NCBI RefSeq assembly: GCF_006345805.1
Contig: NC_043000.1
Coordinates: 71,672,001-71,736,000, forward strand
Direction: 5' to 3'
Source of the DNA: Octopus sinensis
Lineage: Eukaryota
DNA length: 64,000 bases
A model generated the notes under the pieces. That model ran no database searches. It was given only the letters and a program-made list of their open reading frames with translations, and was not told the origin of the DNA. The translations under genes were made by a program, and so were the position numbers. Of the stretch, positions 38,120 to 51,049 are shown in pieces; the stretch's first letter is position 1, and every line of letters begins with the position of its first letter.

Positions 38120-38745
38120 TGAGGGATGACGTCAGCAGCTGGCGAGCTGACCGGAATTTGGGGCTGACTGGAAGAGGAAGGGCGCAGGAGTGATGTGCGC
38201 GCAGGCAGGGGAGGATTGGGTCTTTTCGACCAGGGTAGCCGACAGGGCTGGACATGTGAGCGCTTCGACAAGGTAAGGGAAAAGGAGCTGCTATTTTAAG
38301 CGTTCGGGTCAGGCCACATGGAAGGGTGCGTTACCACCAGAGAGGTCTGCGTCGACGAAGAGAAGGCAGGTGTCTTTACTTCAAATCTCCTGCATACACC
38401 ACAGCTTTGTAGTGATCGTATGTAACGGTGCGCGCGCGCACCGTCCTTTTCTGTTTCGCGCGTGCGGTGTTGGTGCCTTCACCAAGGCAGAGAGGAAGGG
38501 CCCTCTCGCGCATGCGCGAAGCACCGGAAGAAGGACCTTTTTGCCTACGTGGCAGTTAGCCGAGGCAAGGGGATCGTTGGACGTTGACCACTAGCGTCCA
38601 GCAGCAGGCAGTGACTTGAGACAAAGCGACTGAAGGCAACGGACATATATTTTCTCTCTGTCAGGATTTGATAACAGTCGGCCGAAGGCTTTTAACCAAA
38701 TTGTTGCAGACCTCAGCCCTGACGCCATTTTTGACCCGTTCTGTT
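38120..38745. promoter_or_regulatory. GC/CpG-rich promoter-like island inside PDSS1 intron 1
   Basis: Abrupt GC and CpG enrichment. Motifs TGACGTCA, CCGGAA (twice), CGCATGCGC and CGCCATTTT. Confidence 0.5.
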
Positions 38746-39019
38746 TTTAGCGGCTGAACATTGTAAAATCTTACAAGCGATTAACTTTCAGCCTTGCACG
38801 CCCAATATCAAGCGGAACCAGATACACCACTTGTTTGTTACTGTCATAAGAGAATAAAGTAGATATATATTTTTTACGTTTGCGTCTTGTTGTTTCTGAC
38901 TGGTAGAATCTGGATTTAAAAGCAACGGATAGTGATTGCACCAACTTGCACCCCAAAAGTGCAAGAGAAGATATTCACTTTTGTTACAGCTTCTTCAAAA
39001 AATCTCATCTTTACAGATA

Positions 39020-39770
39020 ATGCCTAACCGAAAACGATCAATGCTCTGTTCCAATTGGAATGCTCTCCTAAAACAGCGAAAAAGGGAGTTGCGTTCACAG
39101 GTACGTTTTTCAACATTCATATCATTTCGATTTTGCTTCCACACATTCTTCTGTATCCCATTTCAATATTGCACTTTCATATATCCTCTATTATTCCTTT
39201 CAGGTAACACCAGAAGCAAGAAAGGCCCGTCTTGCTGCACAGCGTAGTTGTGATCAACGCTCACTACTTGACGAGCCTGTTGAAACAAGGCAGGCCCGTC
39301 TTGCTTCCATGCGTATTCGAAATCAGTGCTCACTCCTTGTGGAGTCGGCAGAAGCAAGGCAGGCCCCCTTTGCCGCCCTGGGTGCTCCAATAAATGTGTA
39401 ACGACACGCGGATGATAATTAAAACATTATACTCCCGAGTTCTGCAGGCAACCATCTTGAATGGACCAGCCGCTGGTCAAGATGTTCTTATAACTCTAAT
39501 GTTTCTCAATCCCTCCAATACGATCTACAAGTTTAAGCGGCTTCAATTTCCTATCAAACCCTCCTTTGCAATGACAATAAATAAGGCACAGGGTCAATCA
39601 TTGCAAATGGTTGGTTTAAATCTCACAGAGCAAGTGTTCTTCCACGGTCAACTTTACGTTGGATGCTCCCGTGTTGGCAGGACACAAAGTCTATACATTT
39701 GTGCATCAGAAGAGAAAACGAGAACCGTTGCTTACAAACAAGCGCTCCACTGAAAAGACGGCATTTCTTC
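39020..39770 (+). mobile_element. Internally deleted Helitron RepHel: N-terminal repeats with an intron, fused to Pif1 helicase C-terminus
   Basis: MPNRKRS...RSQ spliced (GTACGT 39101 / tttcAG 39204) in frame to VTPEARKARLAAQR repeats. Then RLQFPIK-SFAMTINKAQGQSL...HGQLYVGCSRV. Confidence 0.9.
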
Positions 39771-39779
39771 AGATCTTTC

Positions 39780-40560
39780 AAATCACCGCAGTCAATTTCT
39801 TTATTAATCATGAGGTTGAGAAAAAAAAAGAGGACGATACGAGGACAGACAAAACAAACATTGGGGTCAGGATATCGAATGAGACGAAACGTATGAATAA
39901 ACAAACAATTAAAATACATACAATTAAATGAGAATGAATGGTTTACAAAAAATGAAGCGGAGGACGCGGTCGACCCCACAAACCACATATTCACACTGAA
40001 GACTTTGCTTTTTCCTTTTCATATCCTCGTTTAAACAGGTTCTTTCACTCGCAACATACTTGCTATAGACTTCCATCTTTTCCGTTTCATGTGGAAAACG
40101 AAAAAGTCGAATAGCTCGAGACTGGAGATAAACATGCTTGTTACAATTCCTTTCACTCTCGTCTTCCATACTACCTCCCTATTCAGGGAGGTCGGCGGAA
40201 CGATCTTAATTACAGATTCGCTCGACAGTTGTACTCTTCTTGAATGCAACAGCAGGTGTTCGACATAAGCCCAGAGCTCAGTCATCTTGGGGCATTGCAT
40301 AATCGCGTGCAGGACAGTGACCTGCTCGCATCTTGCACAAACCGGCGAAGGCGCACACCCATGTCTAAAGAGTTTATCTCGAACCGGTAAAGCTCCTCTG
40401 TAATATTGCCAGACCAGGGACTTTTGGTAATTATCCATAGACTGGCCAGCTGATCGTCGAAGCCTAGGGTTTCTCCCAGAACGTCGTTACACTTAAACTC
40501 TATTAACCCTCTATAGAAGAACGAGGTAGTACCCCAGCCACCGGCATTGCCAGGGCATCT
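39780..40560 (-). mobile_element. Tx1/L1-like LINE 3' fragment
   Basis: ORF 40031-40438 ALPVRDKL...C-RC...TVLHAIMQC (zf-RVT-like CCHC), then 3' UTR with aataaa. Confidence 0.75.
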
Positions 40561-40909
40561 TTCGCCTCAAAAGCTTCGTAGTCACTGTAACTCAATGACA
40601 CACACCTAGACTCACTCACTCTCTTTCTCTCTCACACGTCCACGTCCATTTCATATATCTTCTTTCAATTTCTGCTCTCTGAAAATAAAATTTTTACTGA
40701 TATAACTGCTTACAAAAATAGGGATTAATGTATAATTTCTTTCTATGTTCATAATTAAATAAATGTTTTAATGATTAGACAGAGGTCCAATACAATAACA
40801 CCTGAAGCTGTTTTCTGACAGAGATGGGGGAGGAATTTTCATACAACTGGAAGCTCCAATTGAAACAGGGGACCCGAAATGATAAGGTTGAGAAACGCTG
40901 TTATAGATT

Positions 40910-40978
40910 ATGCCTAACCGAAAACGATCACAGCCACGTTATCCAAACAGACAGGGTGAAACAGGGCTTAACTGCTAG
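40910..40978 (+). mobile_element. Helitron 3' terminus
   Basis: Repeats atgcctaaccgaaaacgatca from 39020. Ends cagggtgaaacaggg...ctgCTAG^T. Confidence 0.65.
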
Positions 40979-41292
40979 TCAGTTTAATATAGTGGAGGTA
41001 TGAATATTTACATCGTTCGGCGTTAATTAGCCGTTTACGTAATATATGGCAAGGGCAAGTGTGTTTATTTTATAACAAATAACAGCTCGATACGCCTTAC
41101 CTAACGCTTAGCTAGATTAATCCACTTCAGATTAAAATATATTCTAAAATTAAAATAAAAACAATATTTATTTCATTTTCGATCAACTTCAGACAGCAAT
41201 TTAGCAACTTAAAAACAAGGAGAAATATGTATTGTAAGACACAAGGTTAAACTTGCCGGGTTTTTAACTCCAATACAAATAGAAATACTTAC

Positions 41293-41442
41293 TTTGCGTT
41301 TCAAAAGACATGGAGTACAATTATGAACAGGATAATATTTTTGATTAAATGTAGTATATAGCCTTCGTATCATCCAGTCCACAGACAGTCGTGATATTGA
41401 GAAAATTCTGACACTACAACAGCAGCTCCTTACAAAAGTCAT
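41293..41442 (-). CDS. PDSS1: Probable PDSS1 first coding exon (MTFVRSCCCSVRIFSISRLSVDWMIRRLYTTFNQKYYPVHNCTPCLLKRK), mitochondrial-presequence-like
   Basis: ATG at 41442, GTAAGT donor at 41292, 150 bp, phase 0 matching exon 2. Arg/Ser-rich and nearly acid-free. No sequence homology is expected in presequences. Confidence 0.65.
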
Positions 41443-42346
41443 CTTAGATAATCATGTTCATCACCCCAATTAAGGACATTAATACAAAGACAGTAAGTTT
41501 TACTTTGGCATTTTATTTTAAAAACTGCATTTTAATTGTCAATAAAAATATTTAATTAATTGTAGTAGACAACTCATAATTATGAGATCTGTTATTTAAT
41601 ATACTGTAATAAATAGTACGCAACTATCTAATACTTTTGAGAGGCCTTATTTAAATTACTTTAACACGCCCTTTCATTTGTGCAAATAGGCTTATTGCCA
41701 TTCAGTGAATTTAGCTGTTCATCTAACGATCAGGCTAGTTGAACAATTGAGACTTAAGGAATTTGTTTTTGTTTTCACCTAAATTTATATTCAGTAAAAT
41801 CTAAACGAGAACGAACATAAACAAAACATTACTCTTCCTACCCATTTGATAGTTGACGAAAAATACAAAAAATTTGTGTGAAGGGCAACAACTGTGCGCT
41901 TAATCATTTTTCAGTATTCTGTTAGTCCTTTTGTTTTATTAACTTAGTTTTTAGTCCAAACTTGCTCCATTTTAAGTTTTGTGATTTAAATTGAATTAGA
42001 TTAAAATTTTAGAGAATAACTGCGTTATTATATGGAGGATAACGTTATATTTCAAAAAGTATTTACTGTTTGTCTACTAACTTCTTGATTACTTCCCTTC
42101 GTACGCTTTTCCCATTAGGTAACTAGCTAGTCGCTTAATAATCACACATTTGATTCCCAATTTGAGTAAATTTTTTTAATATATATTTACGTTCAATTTG
42201 TCTTTGTATCCTTCATCCATACGATAGTACTCAATACGAAATAAATTTCGGGCATAACTTCAGAAGTGTGTACCCTATCAATTCTGTTTCCTCATAACTT
42301 TCTGGAAATGTATATTTTGATGAAGTTTTCTGCAAATATATTTCAG

Positions 42347-42420
42347 ATGGCGTAGATTACAGTCATGTCGGAATTTATCGTGAAAAACTTTTTCATTGCC
42401 TGGAAGCCATCATAAAAACA
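42347..42420 (+). CDS. Putative exon A of an unidentified + strand gene (DGVDYSHVGIYREKLFHCLEAIIKT)
   Basis: tttcAG/GTCAGT, phase 1 in and 0 out, open frame. Confidence 0.4.
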
Positions 42421-42489
42421 GTCAGTTTCAGACTCTCTTTTAGAACCTGTATAGTTGTAACTGCTCAGTTACAACTCTGAACTGTTCCT

Positions 42490-42720
42490 CGTTGCACACT
42501 TAATTCATCAAGAGTATGCCATCTCGAGCGATTGCTGAAGAAATTGCAACAGTTGAGAGGGTCGTGTCAGTTTATGTGAATGACAACACCGTCATGATGT
42601 CAAATACCACTAAAGTGAAGGCGGTCGACCCCAATCTAAAGAAATACGAGATGCTATCAGAGGTTAAAATCAATCTGGACAAACCAATAAGTAGCTGCTT
42701 GACATTTGGAAAAGAAAGTT
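42490..42720 (+). mobile_element. Tx1/L1-like RT fragment
   Basis: VSVYVNDNTV (degenerate YADD) followed by Y...S..KINLDK. Confidence 0.55.
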
Positions 42721-43794
42721 CATGACGACATACATGGTGATCTATCTTTCTGTATCAAGTAGACTGCATCATCATCATCCTCCATGCAATATGCTTCTTT
42801 TTCTACGTAAATCTCCCCACTTTAAATATGTCTTTGTCATTGCAAACCCCTTATCCATTGTCCTGGTGGCAAAGAAAAGATATCCTCATCATTTATCATT
42901 ATTGGTGGTGGTAGTGGTGGGGAAAAAAATCGCTTTGTGGTATTTTGCCAACTCTCAATATTCTGCTGAGCTTGACTTTGTTCAAATTCTGCTTATCTTG
43001 TATAGAAAGCTTGACTTTGCCTATCATCCATTGGGGGGGGGGGGGCAATAAAATAAGAACCAGTTAAGTATCAAAGTTGATGTAACTGACTACCCCTCCC
43101 CTAAAACTGCTGAATTTCTGCTAAAATTTTGAAACAATTGTTATGATCCATCTATCAGTTTTTTCCACCCACTATTTCTTGGAAGGTCATGTAGCAGTAG
43201 AGTCCTCATGTACTGTTTCCATAGGGTCCTATCAGAAACAGCCACCATTAAACTTCCCTGCTTGATTCCAAAACATGACTAACTGAGACTATGGATATTA
43301 TCAAACCATCTCACTTATGATTTCCCCCTAGGTTTCTTACTGGTTGGCTCTTTCATGTGATTCTTTCCTATGACATTCCAACCACATATCTATAGTACAA
43401 GAGTTGTGCTTTCTTAATGCAGAGAAGTACTGGCTCAACCTGGAGAGACTCCTTGAACTTTGAGCTACCTTCCTTTGGAGGAATCCCATTTCAGGCATTT
43501 GTACTCATGATTGTAATCTTTTGGTCATTATCCAACATCCATTTCAGCCTCCTGCTTCCCATCACACATGAATCCAGCCCTTGAGATACTTCTTATATGA
43601 CCCCTACACAGAATTTGAGATACCTATTATACAACTTCTTCATAGAAAGTTTATAATACACTGATAAGTCTGATGTCTTGGAAATTTTAAATACACTGTT
43701 TTATAGGATTACAATTTTTAAACTGGATAATTGAACATTTTATTTTCAGCATCCATCGCTTGAAGAAACACCATAGGTAAAACTATTTTTACAC

Positions 43795-44092
43795 ATACTT
43801 TTACACATACGGTGGCACGTAAAAAGCACCATCCGAATCGTGGCCGATGCCAATGCCGCCTCGACTGGCTTCCGTGCCGGTGGCACGTAAAATGCACCAA
43901 TCCGACCGTGGCCATTGCCAGCCTCGCCTGGCACCTGTGCAGGTGGCACGTAAAAAGCACCTACTACAATCACGGGGTGGTTGGCGTCCAGCTGTAGAAA
44001 CACTGCCAGATAAGACTGGAGCCTGGCTTCCCAGATCCCTGGTCGAACCGTCCAACCCATGGAGAACGGACGTTAAATGATGATGATGATGA
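43795..44092 (+). mobile_element. RTE 3' end with tandem units and (atg)n tail
   Basis: Reverse complement of the 22841-23160 tail family. Confidence 0.8.
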
Positions 44093-45361
44093 TTAATATT
44101 TATACAAAGGCACCTAAAATTACACCTAATGCATAAATAAAACTTTCAGTCTACATCAAACAAAATACCCACCCCTTATGGTAGCCACACATATACTGCA
44201 TAGTTAAGTTATAAGATTTGTTTTCTGTTTCAGAACCAGCAACATTCTATATCATGTGATTCTTTACAAGATAAAAGCTCACACAACACTGAAATAAAGC
44301 TAATTCCTCTGTGTCTCCCATGGTATTTTGATAATTTTACTAACAGGGATTTTGTTAAGGCAGATTTTCTATGGCTGGATGCCTCTCCTATCATAAAGTC
44401 TTGTGTGTTTCCAAGCAAGGTAATATTTCCTTATAGCTGGACATGTTTTCCCAAAAGATTGGAAATGAATGGACACCACTTGTATGACAAGGATGTTTGT
44501 TTACAACAATATGCATTATCAAGCAAGGAGACCCAACCACACACATGATGAGTGACTTTCAGTTTCCAGTTACCTAATCCACTTACAAGTGGCTACAGTT
44601 GAAGCTACTTGCCCCTTCTTGCTACATGGTAGGACTGAGCTTAAAAGTACATGGTTGGGAAACACAGCTATAAATGTTTTCTTTTCTTTCCAAGTTCACA
44701 ATTTTATTTTAATTCTTGTTGAAATTTATGTTTTTGAAAAAATTAACTTTTAAGAATTAGCTTGGAGAGGAAGATCTTAGTTTTGTTAGAAGTTCTGGGG
44801 GAGAAAGATTGGTTAAAGTATCAAGGGTGAGACACAATAAAAGTAATATGAGCTGGGAAAGTATAGAGTTGTGTTTGGAAGAATAGAGAATATCATAAAC
44901 ATTTATAAGGTTTGTAATTTGTAGGGAAGGTAAAAGGAAATGGTTGAATGCTGTTGAGTGGAGTTTTGCTTCTTAGGTGAATGGTTTCGTTTTTATGGGT
45001 TATAGATGTTGTATGGTGGGATCACTATCATTGAGGATTTAACTTTATTTCAGTGTTGGGTGAGATTTTATCTTGTACAGAATCACAAGTTGTTTAGAAG
45101 TTGCTGATTCTGAAACAGAAAACAAATCTAAACTATAAATTGAGTTGTATTAATATTTTGCTGCTACTAAAAATGAAACTTGGTTGTCATCAGTTCATAA
45201 AAGTTACTTTTGTAAACTATTTGATCATAGATGTGTATGTCTGTCAAAATTTATTGAATTTAGATGAGATTTGAGTACTGAAACATAAAAAGTACATGTT
45301 CGTTCAAGTGACAACAAATTGGTTATTTATAGAAAGTTTTAAGGTACATCTATTTTGACAG

Positions 45362-45417
45362 TGTGCTTTGGATGTTTTCCCAATAGAAGTTCAATACTAC
45401 ACAAATAGGCAAGTTTG
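45362..45417 (+). CDS. Putative exon B of the unidentified + gene (CALDVFPIEVQYYTNRQV)
   Basis: ttttgacAG/GTAAAT, 56 bp, phase 0 in and 2 out, compatible with exons A and C. Confidence 0.45.
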
Positions 45418-47899
45418 GTAAATCAGTTTGCATTCTATTTGGAAGATGGTTTCATGCTAAAAACACTATTTTTGAAATCTTGAAGTGAGCTATCAATATC
45501 TACTGAAGCAGAATCACTAGATAGGAGTTATTGAATCCAGTAGCAGTGCCTAATGTTTCCTGGTTTAATAGAAAAGAAAAAAAAAAGATATAAATATGGT
45601 TAACTTTTCAAAGATGTGTTTAATAAGAGAAAAGAAATTAAAATCTTATTAACAGTAAGTTACCTCATTTTCTTAATTAGATTTCTAATCTGCATTAGAT
45701 AACTAATGCTCAGTTAATGGTACAATTCTTTCTTTTATTTGTTTCAGTCATTTGACTGTGGCTATGCTGAAGCACTGCCTCAAAGGGTTTTAGTCAAAGA
45801 AATTGACCCCAGGACTTATTATTTGTAAGCCTAGTACTTATTCTATCAGTTTCTTTTGCTAAACCACTAAGTTACAGGGACATAAACACACCAACATTGG
45901 TTGTCAAGCGATGGTGGGGGGACAAACACAGACACACAAATACATGCATATATATATATAGTAGCATTAAAGACCCGTCGTTACCGGGTCATAGTGCTAG
46001 TGCATGTATATATGTGTACATATTACATGTACATCTATATATATACATCTACACATAAAATACAAAGTTATATCTTGATCTCGCTAGTGATAACAATACT
46101 CAAAATATATAACAGACTGGAATTGTTAGCCCGTCTCTTGTAATTTCGATCAATTGTATCTTGTCCTCCCTCTTGTATAGAAGTGTGGCTACAATCCAGC
46201 CTACCTCTACTTCGTTTAGTTTTGTATTGAATAAGAATTGTGTGTGTGTAACCAGTTGTATTTTGGGTGACATTTCTTGATTTAACCCTTTAGCATCAGA
46301 TTACTCCAGCAAATGTAATGCTTATTTATTCACTTTGTTTTAAATTACTCATGCATTATCTCATAGTTTCAAGATTTCAATGATATGATTGTTTATTTTT
46401 AGTAAGACATTTTAGTGAGGTAGCTATGAGAAGATGAACCCTAGTGGCTGAGACTTATAAATGGGTACATATCCTGCAGGCTGGAGAATGCCAGCAACAT
46501 TGACAAGAATAGTAGCCTCTCCTGGACCTGCGATAAGTACATCACATCTCATCATGAAGTCTATCCAAGAACAGGAGATAGCCACTAAATACCTCATCAA
46601 CAAAAGTGATAGAAAAGTCTCTAAACCCTAATGCTGTGATTATGCCATACCAATGTGGAAGGAATCACTCATATCATCAGTAGCTACCCAAAATGACTAC
46701 AAGATACTTCTTCCCCATGAGACATGATATCATTATCAAAATGGTTTACAATGCTATACACAAGAAGGATTGTCCTGATGGCCATGCCGAAGGCACACAA
46801 GGACCAGAGAGTATCTACAACTTCAAAAATAAAGAATGATGGTGGAAGATTCCAATAAAAGCAGCAACATAGTGTAAACACAACAGGTCAGATGTGGTTG
46901 CGTTGGACAGAGAGCAAAAGTCATACATTGTTTTAGAGATCAGCTTCTAAGCAAATGTGAATGTTGCTTAAAAAATCATGGGAAAAGAGAACATCAATAG
47001 TGAACTGATGAGAAATCTAAAGCTCTTATAGCCAGGCTACAGATTTTCATGTTTCTGTTGTACATGAACTGAGCTATGTTCAATAAAATCTAGAAAGGCT
47101 TAGTTTCTCAAAAGTAAAAAAATGGGAAAAAGTGAGAACTGATTCACATTCTCCAAATACAATTGATCAGAGGAACAGTAAATATTTATAAAACATTTCA
47201 GGGGATCTCCATTTGAGTATTCATGGGAGAACACATGCACACAACCATATATACATGTGATATACACATACAACAGTAACGAAACATGCACATTGTTCTA
47301 CTGTGACCCCCCACAACATATTTATCCACACATGGGTAACATGCACACATATATGCATAAATCAACCGATTCAGGTAACCACAAAGCCCAAGAATTGCAT
47401 GACTTAAACAAGAGGGCCTTGCCACTTTGGCTTGAATTTTGCAGCGGTAAAAATTTCAAATAAACGTTAAAGAAACATGCATACATACATATGCATGAGT
47501 GTATATGCATGAATATGTGTGTGTATATATTTATATGTAGTGTATACATTTATATGTAGATAAAATCACTATATTGTTGATTAGTTCCTTGAAAAGATGC
47601 TGAGAATCAGCAATTTATCTGAGAGGATTGTTTCACTAGAACTTGTTGCATTTTAGAAGATGGTTGAAGTTGAGCTTCACAAAAATACAAATTGCTTATA
47701 CTATAGAAAAGAATATTTTACTCTTAATTTCAAAAAAAGATTTCATTGAAAGCAATTTCCCCAATAAATATTGTATTGTTTTAAATAATGCCTACAAATG
47801 AATTATTTTTCTAATCAGTAAGTTTTACAAGTGACTATTGCAGTTCTTGGTGTATATATTCTTTGTCTTTCTTAGAATATAGAAAATATCATGAAAATC

Positions 47900-48560
47900 T
47901 GGTTCACCAGAATATAGCACAACTTTTGTAGCTAATATGGCCAACAATTGTGATGGAGGATCTTGTTTGATTACTATGTAGCTTAACGTAATTCTCAGCT
48001 AGAAAAATAAGATTGTAACAAAGCTCACATTGAACTTCAGTTGATTTGTTTCATTGAGATGGTTACAATGAGGCAAGCCATATTTACATTGTTAGTCACC
48101 ACCCATTGCTAAAAACTCTGTGCTCAATGAGAGTTATGTTGAAGACTGCATCACTGAAGTTATCAAGATTATGTTGGTCTAATTGTTGTTTATAATGTTC
48201 AGATACATCGTCTGTAAATTTTAGTCATAGGGAGATGATTGTTCACATATTGACATTAGAACTGCAAGAAAGCTTTACTGTTTTAAATGTTATTGGGAAA
48301 CAACTGCTTGCCTGAAACAGGCTTCTCTGTATGACATAAGCACCATATCTGGGCAACAACAAGCATTAGTACTGACATGAAGCTTCAGTTATATAGTGCA
48401 ATAGTTCAGTCAATGGTTCTGTATGACAGAACTTTTGCACTATATTGCTATGAAAATTAACTTAGCAGCATAAGGTAAAAATTTAGAAAGGAATTTCAAA
48501 CTTGGAGGTAAAACCTAGACTTGAAAGGCTTCAAAATAAATTTAGTAAAGACTGAAGTTT
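47900..48560 (+). mobile_element. Highly decayed hAT-like transposase remnant
   Basis: Degenerate remnants resembling the hAT HC...K-L and G-KNLERNF-L regions, with many stops. Confidence 0.4.
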
Positions 48561-49311
48561 TAGCTAGCAGGAAAAAACACAGGAAATTGGCCATCTCATA
48601 TGCTGAAAAGAAGTAGGAATTAAATATGGTGTATGCTTAAGAAGTGGAGCGGGATGACAGATAAACAAGAAAGGTAGACTTCATATGAGGCAGACAATGA
48701 GGAGTTAACAAAAAGAGTAATGTGAAGTAAAATTCTTTAACTGTTCTGAAGGCTACCTAGAAGTTGTTGATAGCTTTTGTTATCTAAGTAATCTAATTAG
48801 CAATGGAAGTGGGTTTTCTGAGAGCTATTACTTCTACTGACATAAAAGAGTTTCTCTCTCAGAACTAAGGGCAAACTGTATGATGATTGCATACAAAATA
48901 CAATACTGTATGGTACTGTGACGTGGCCTTGAATGCAGAGGATTTGTGAAGAATGAGAAGAAATGTGATTATACTGTCTTGGATATGTAATGTTTGTGGA
49001 CATGAACAACAGAGCACAAATGAGCTGTGAGAACTGAATATAAGGAGTTGGATATAGAGTGTAAGAGCAAAGAGTATACTGGTACAAGCATGAGATGCAT
49101 ATAGAGGATGTCACTTGTAGAAAGAAGTATCAAGTGTACCAAGGAAATGGAACCTGTGAAAGAAGGAAGATATGAGAAGGGATGAAGAATGCTCTTGTGA
49201 CTGAACCTCACGTGTTATGCTAGAGAGAGCCATCTCAACCTATACAAGCATAAAAACATGTAAAAATGGTGATAGTGACGGAGATTAGGATGTATATATA
49301 CATTTAGATAC

Positions 49312-49695
49312 TCTTACTTGTTTCAGTCATTTGACTGCGGCCATGCTGGAGCACCGCCTTTAATCGAGCAACTCGACCCCGGGACTTATTCTTTTCTAAG
49401 CCCAGTACTTATTCTATCGGTCTCTTTTGCCGAACCGCTAAGTAACGGGGACATAAACACACCAGCATAAGTTGTCAAGCAATGCAAGGGGGACAAACAC
49501 AGACACACACACGCATATATATATATACATATATACGACAGGCTTCTTTCAGTTTCTGTCTACCAAATCCACTCACAAGGCTTTGGTCGGCCCGGGACTA
49601 TAGTAGAAGACACTTGCCCAAGGTGCCACACAGTGGGACTGAACCCAGAACCATGTGGTTAGTAAGCAAGCTACTTACCACACAGCCACTCCTGC
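49312..49695 (-). mobile_element. Full-length composite tRNA-SINE (related copies at ~26555-26760, 27660-27835, 35810-36070, 45730-45950, 60765-61160)
   Basis: tRNA-like head (gtggtaag...ggttcagtcccactg), gcaccttgggcaagtgtctt core, internal (ta/tg)n, tail ...cagtcaaatgactgaaacaagt. Confidence 0.85.
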
Positions 49696-50691
49696 GCCTA
49701 TACTCTATATCTGCTGTTATACTCTATCAGGTTTCCACATACTGCTTCTCTCCTTTCTTTCATATCACTTTCCCTCATTCCTTTTACATCACACTATTTG
49801 ACTATCAACCATCTTCCTTACTATCCATCAATCTCATATTTAGCCTCCCCTCTATCACTTTTGATATCTGTCAGTCTGGTCCCCTTTCATCACAATATTG
49901 ATCAAGTTTAATTTACTCAATTTTCTTACCAACAATCATCACACTGATTCTTTTCTTTTACTCTTCCATCACCTGGTTGTTCTGGCTCTCCTCCCTAGTT
50001 ATGTGAGAAAGAAAGTAAGAAACAGACAACACAGAGTAGAGAGCATTGGGGACAAGATAGCTTTTCTCATATCTATGCCATGATAAAATGCACCCAGTAC
50101 ACTGTGAAATGGTTGGTGATAGGAAAAGCATCCAGTCATAGAAACATGCCAAAGATGGGATGTATGAGTAGGATATAGTTCCCAACCCATCTAGAAGAGC
50201 AGTTACTCCAAAGAACTGAATTAAACAATGAGGACTTGCCCAATACATATACCAGCATAAAAATGCAAATGTAAAATGTATTTAAACTGGTAACCATAAA
50301 TATTAGCAACAATACATTTTCTAAATAATACTTCAAGGAATCTTTTCATTCTGTACATATCTTTTACTAGCATTACATATTCAAACCAATGCAGCTGTTT
50401 TTCTTGCATATATACCAGCTAGTTCAGATTTTCAGTGTGTAAATTATCTCCTCTCTTCTATGAGAACTGCAAATTACGGCTTAATTCTTTTCCTTTTCCC
50501 AAGAAAAGTTCCAATTAAGAACTTTATGCATATATCATCCCTTAACTTGTTTAAATCTTAATTTCTGTTCAGTCTTTCCCATATGTTTCACAATACTTAG
50601 CTTAATCTTCTCTAATTTTAGCAAATCTGCTTTCAGTCATGCTGCTCCTTACATTAATGATCAAGTCATAAAATATGCCTTTTTTTTTCAG

Positions 50692-50762
50692 TGAAAACTC
50701 TTTGCTACCAGAGATTCTACTGTATTGTCTGCAAAACAGTGTCTCAAAGTCACCTTATACTG
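50692..50762 (+). CDS. Putative exon C of the unidentified + gene (ENSLLPEILLYCLQNSVSKSPYT)
   Basis: Strong ttttttttcAG/GTGAGT sites, 71 bp, phase 2 in and 1 out. Confidence 0.55.
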
Positions 50763-51049
50763 GTGAGTCACATAAGAACACAAGGAGGAAGTATTCTCTG
50801 GTGATATAAAGCAACAATGATTAGGTGTTCATGGTTGAATATGCAAGAGCATATTAAGAATGAATTTGATTACATTGAAAGTTAAGTTCAACCACTGGAA
50901 AGAAACATGTAGCTGTTTTGAAATAAAAATGATTTTGAACTTGATTCTTCTCTAGTGCTAATAGCTTAGGAGTGAAATTTAGGATTTCTCAGTTTTCTGT
51001 AAATTGATTTTGATAAAACTTTTCCCAGCTGGTATGCACACTATGGCAA

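Noticed and set aside
38110-38271. PDSS1 first coding exon in the GC island
   Set aside because: The phase-0 frame has only a TTG start, and the ATG frame ends in phase 2. 41293-41442 has an ATG, the right phase and presequence composition. Kept only as a possible UTR exon.
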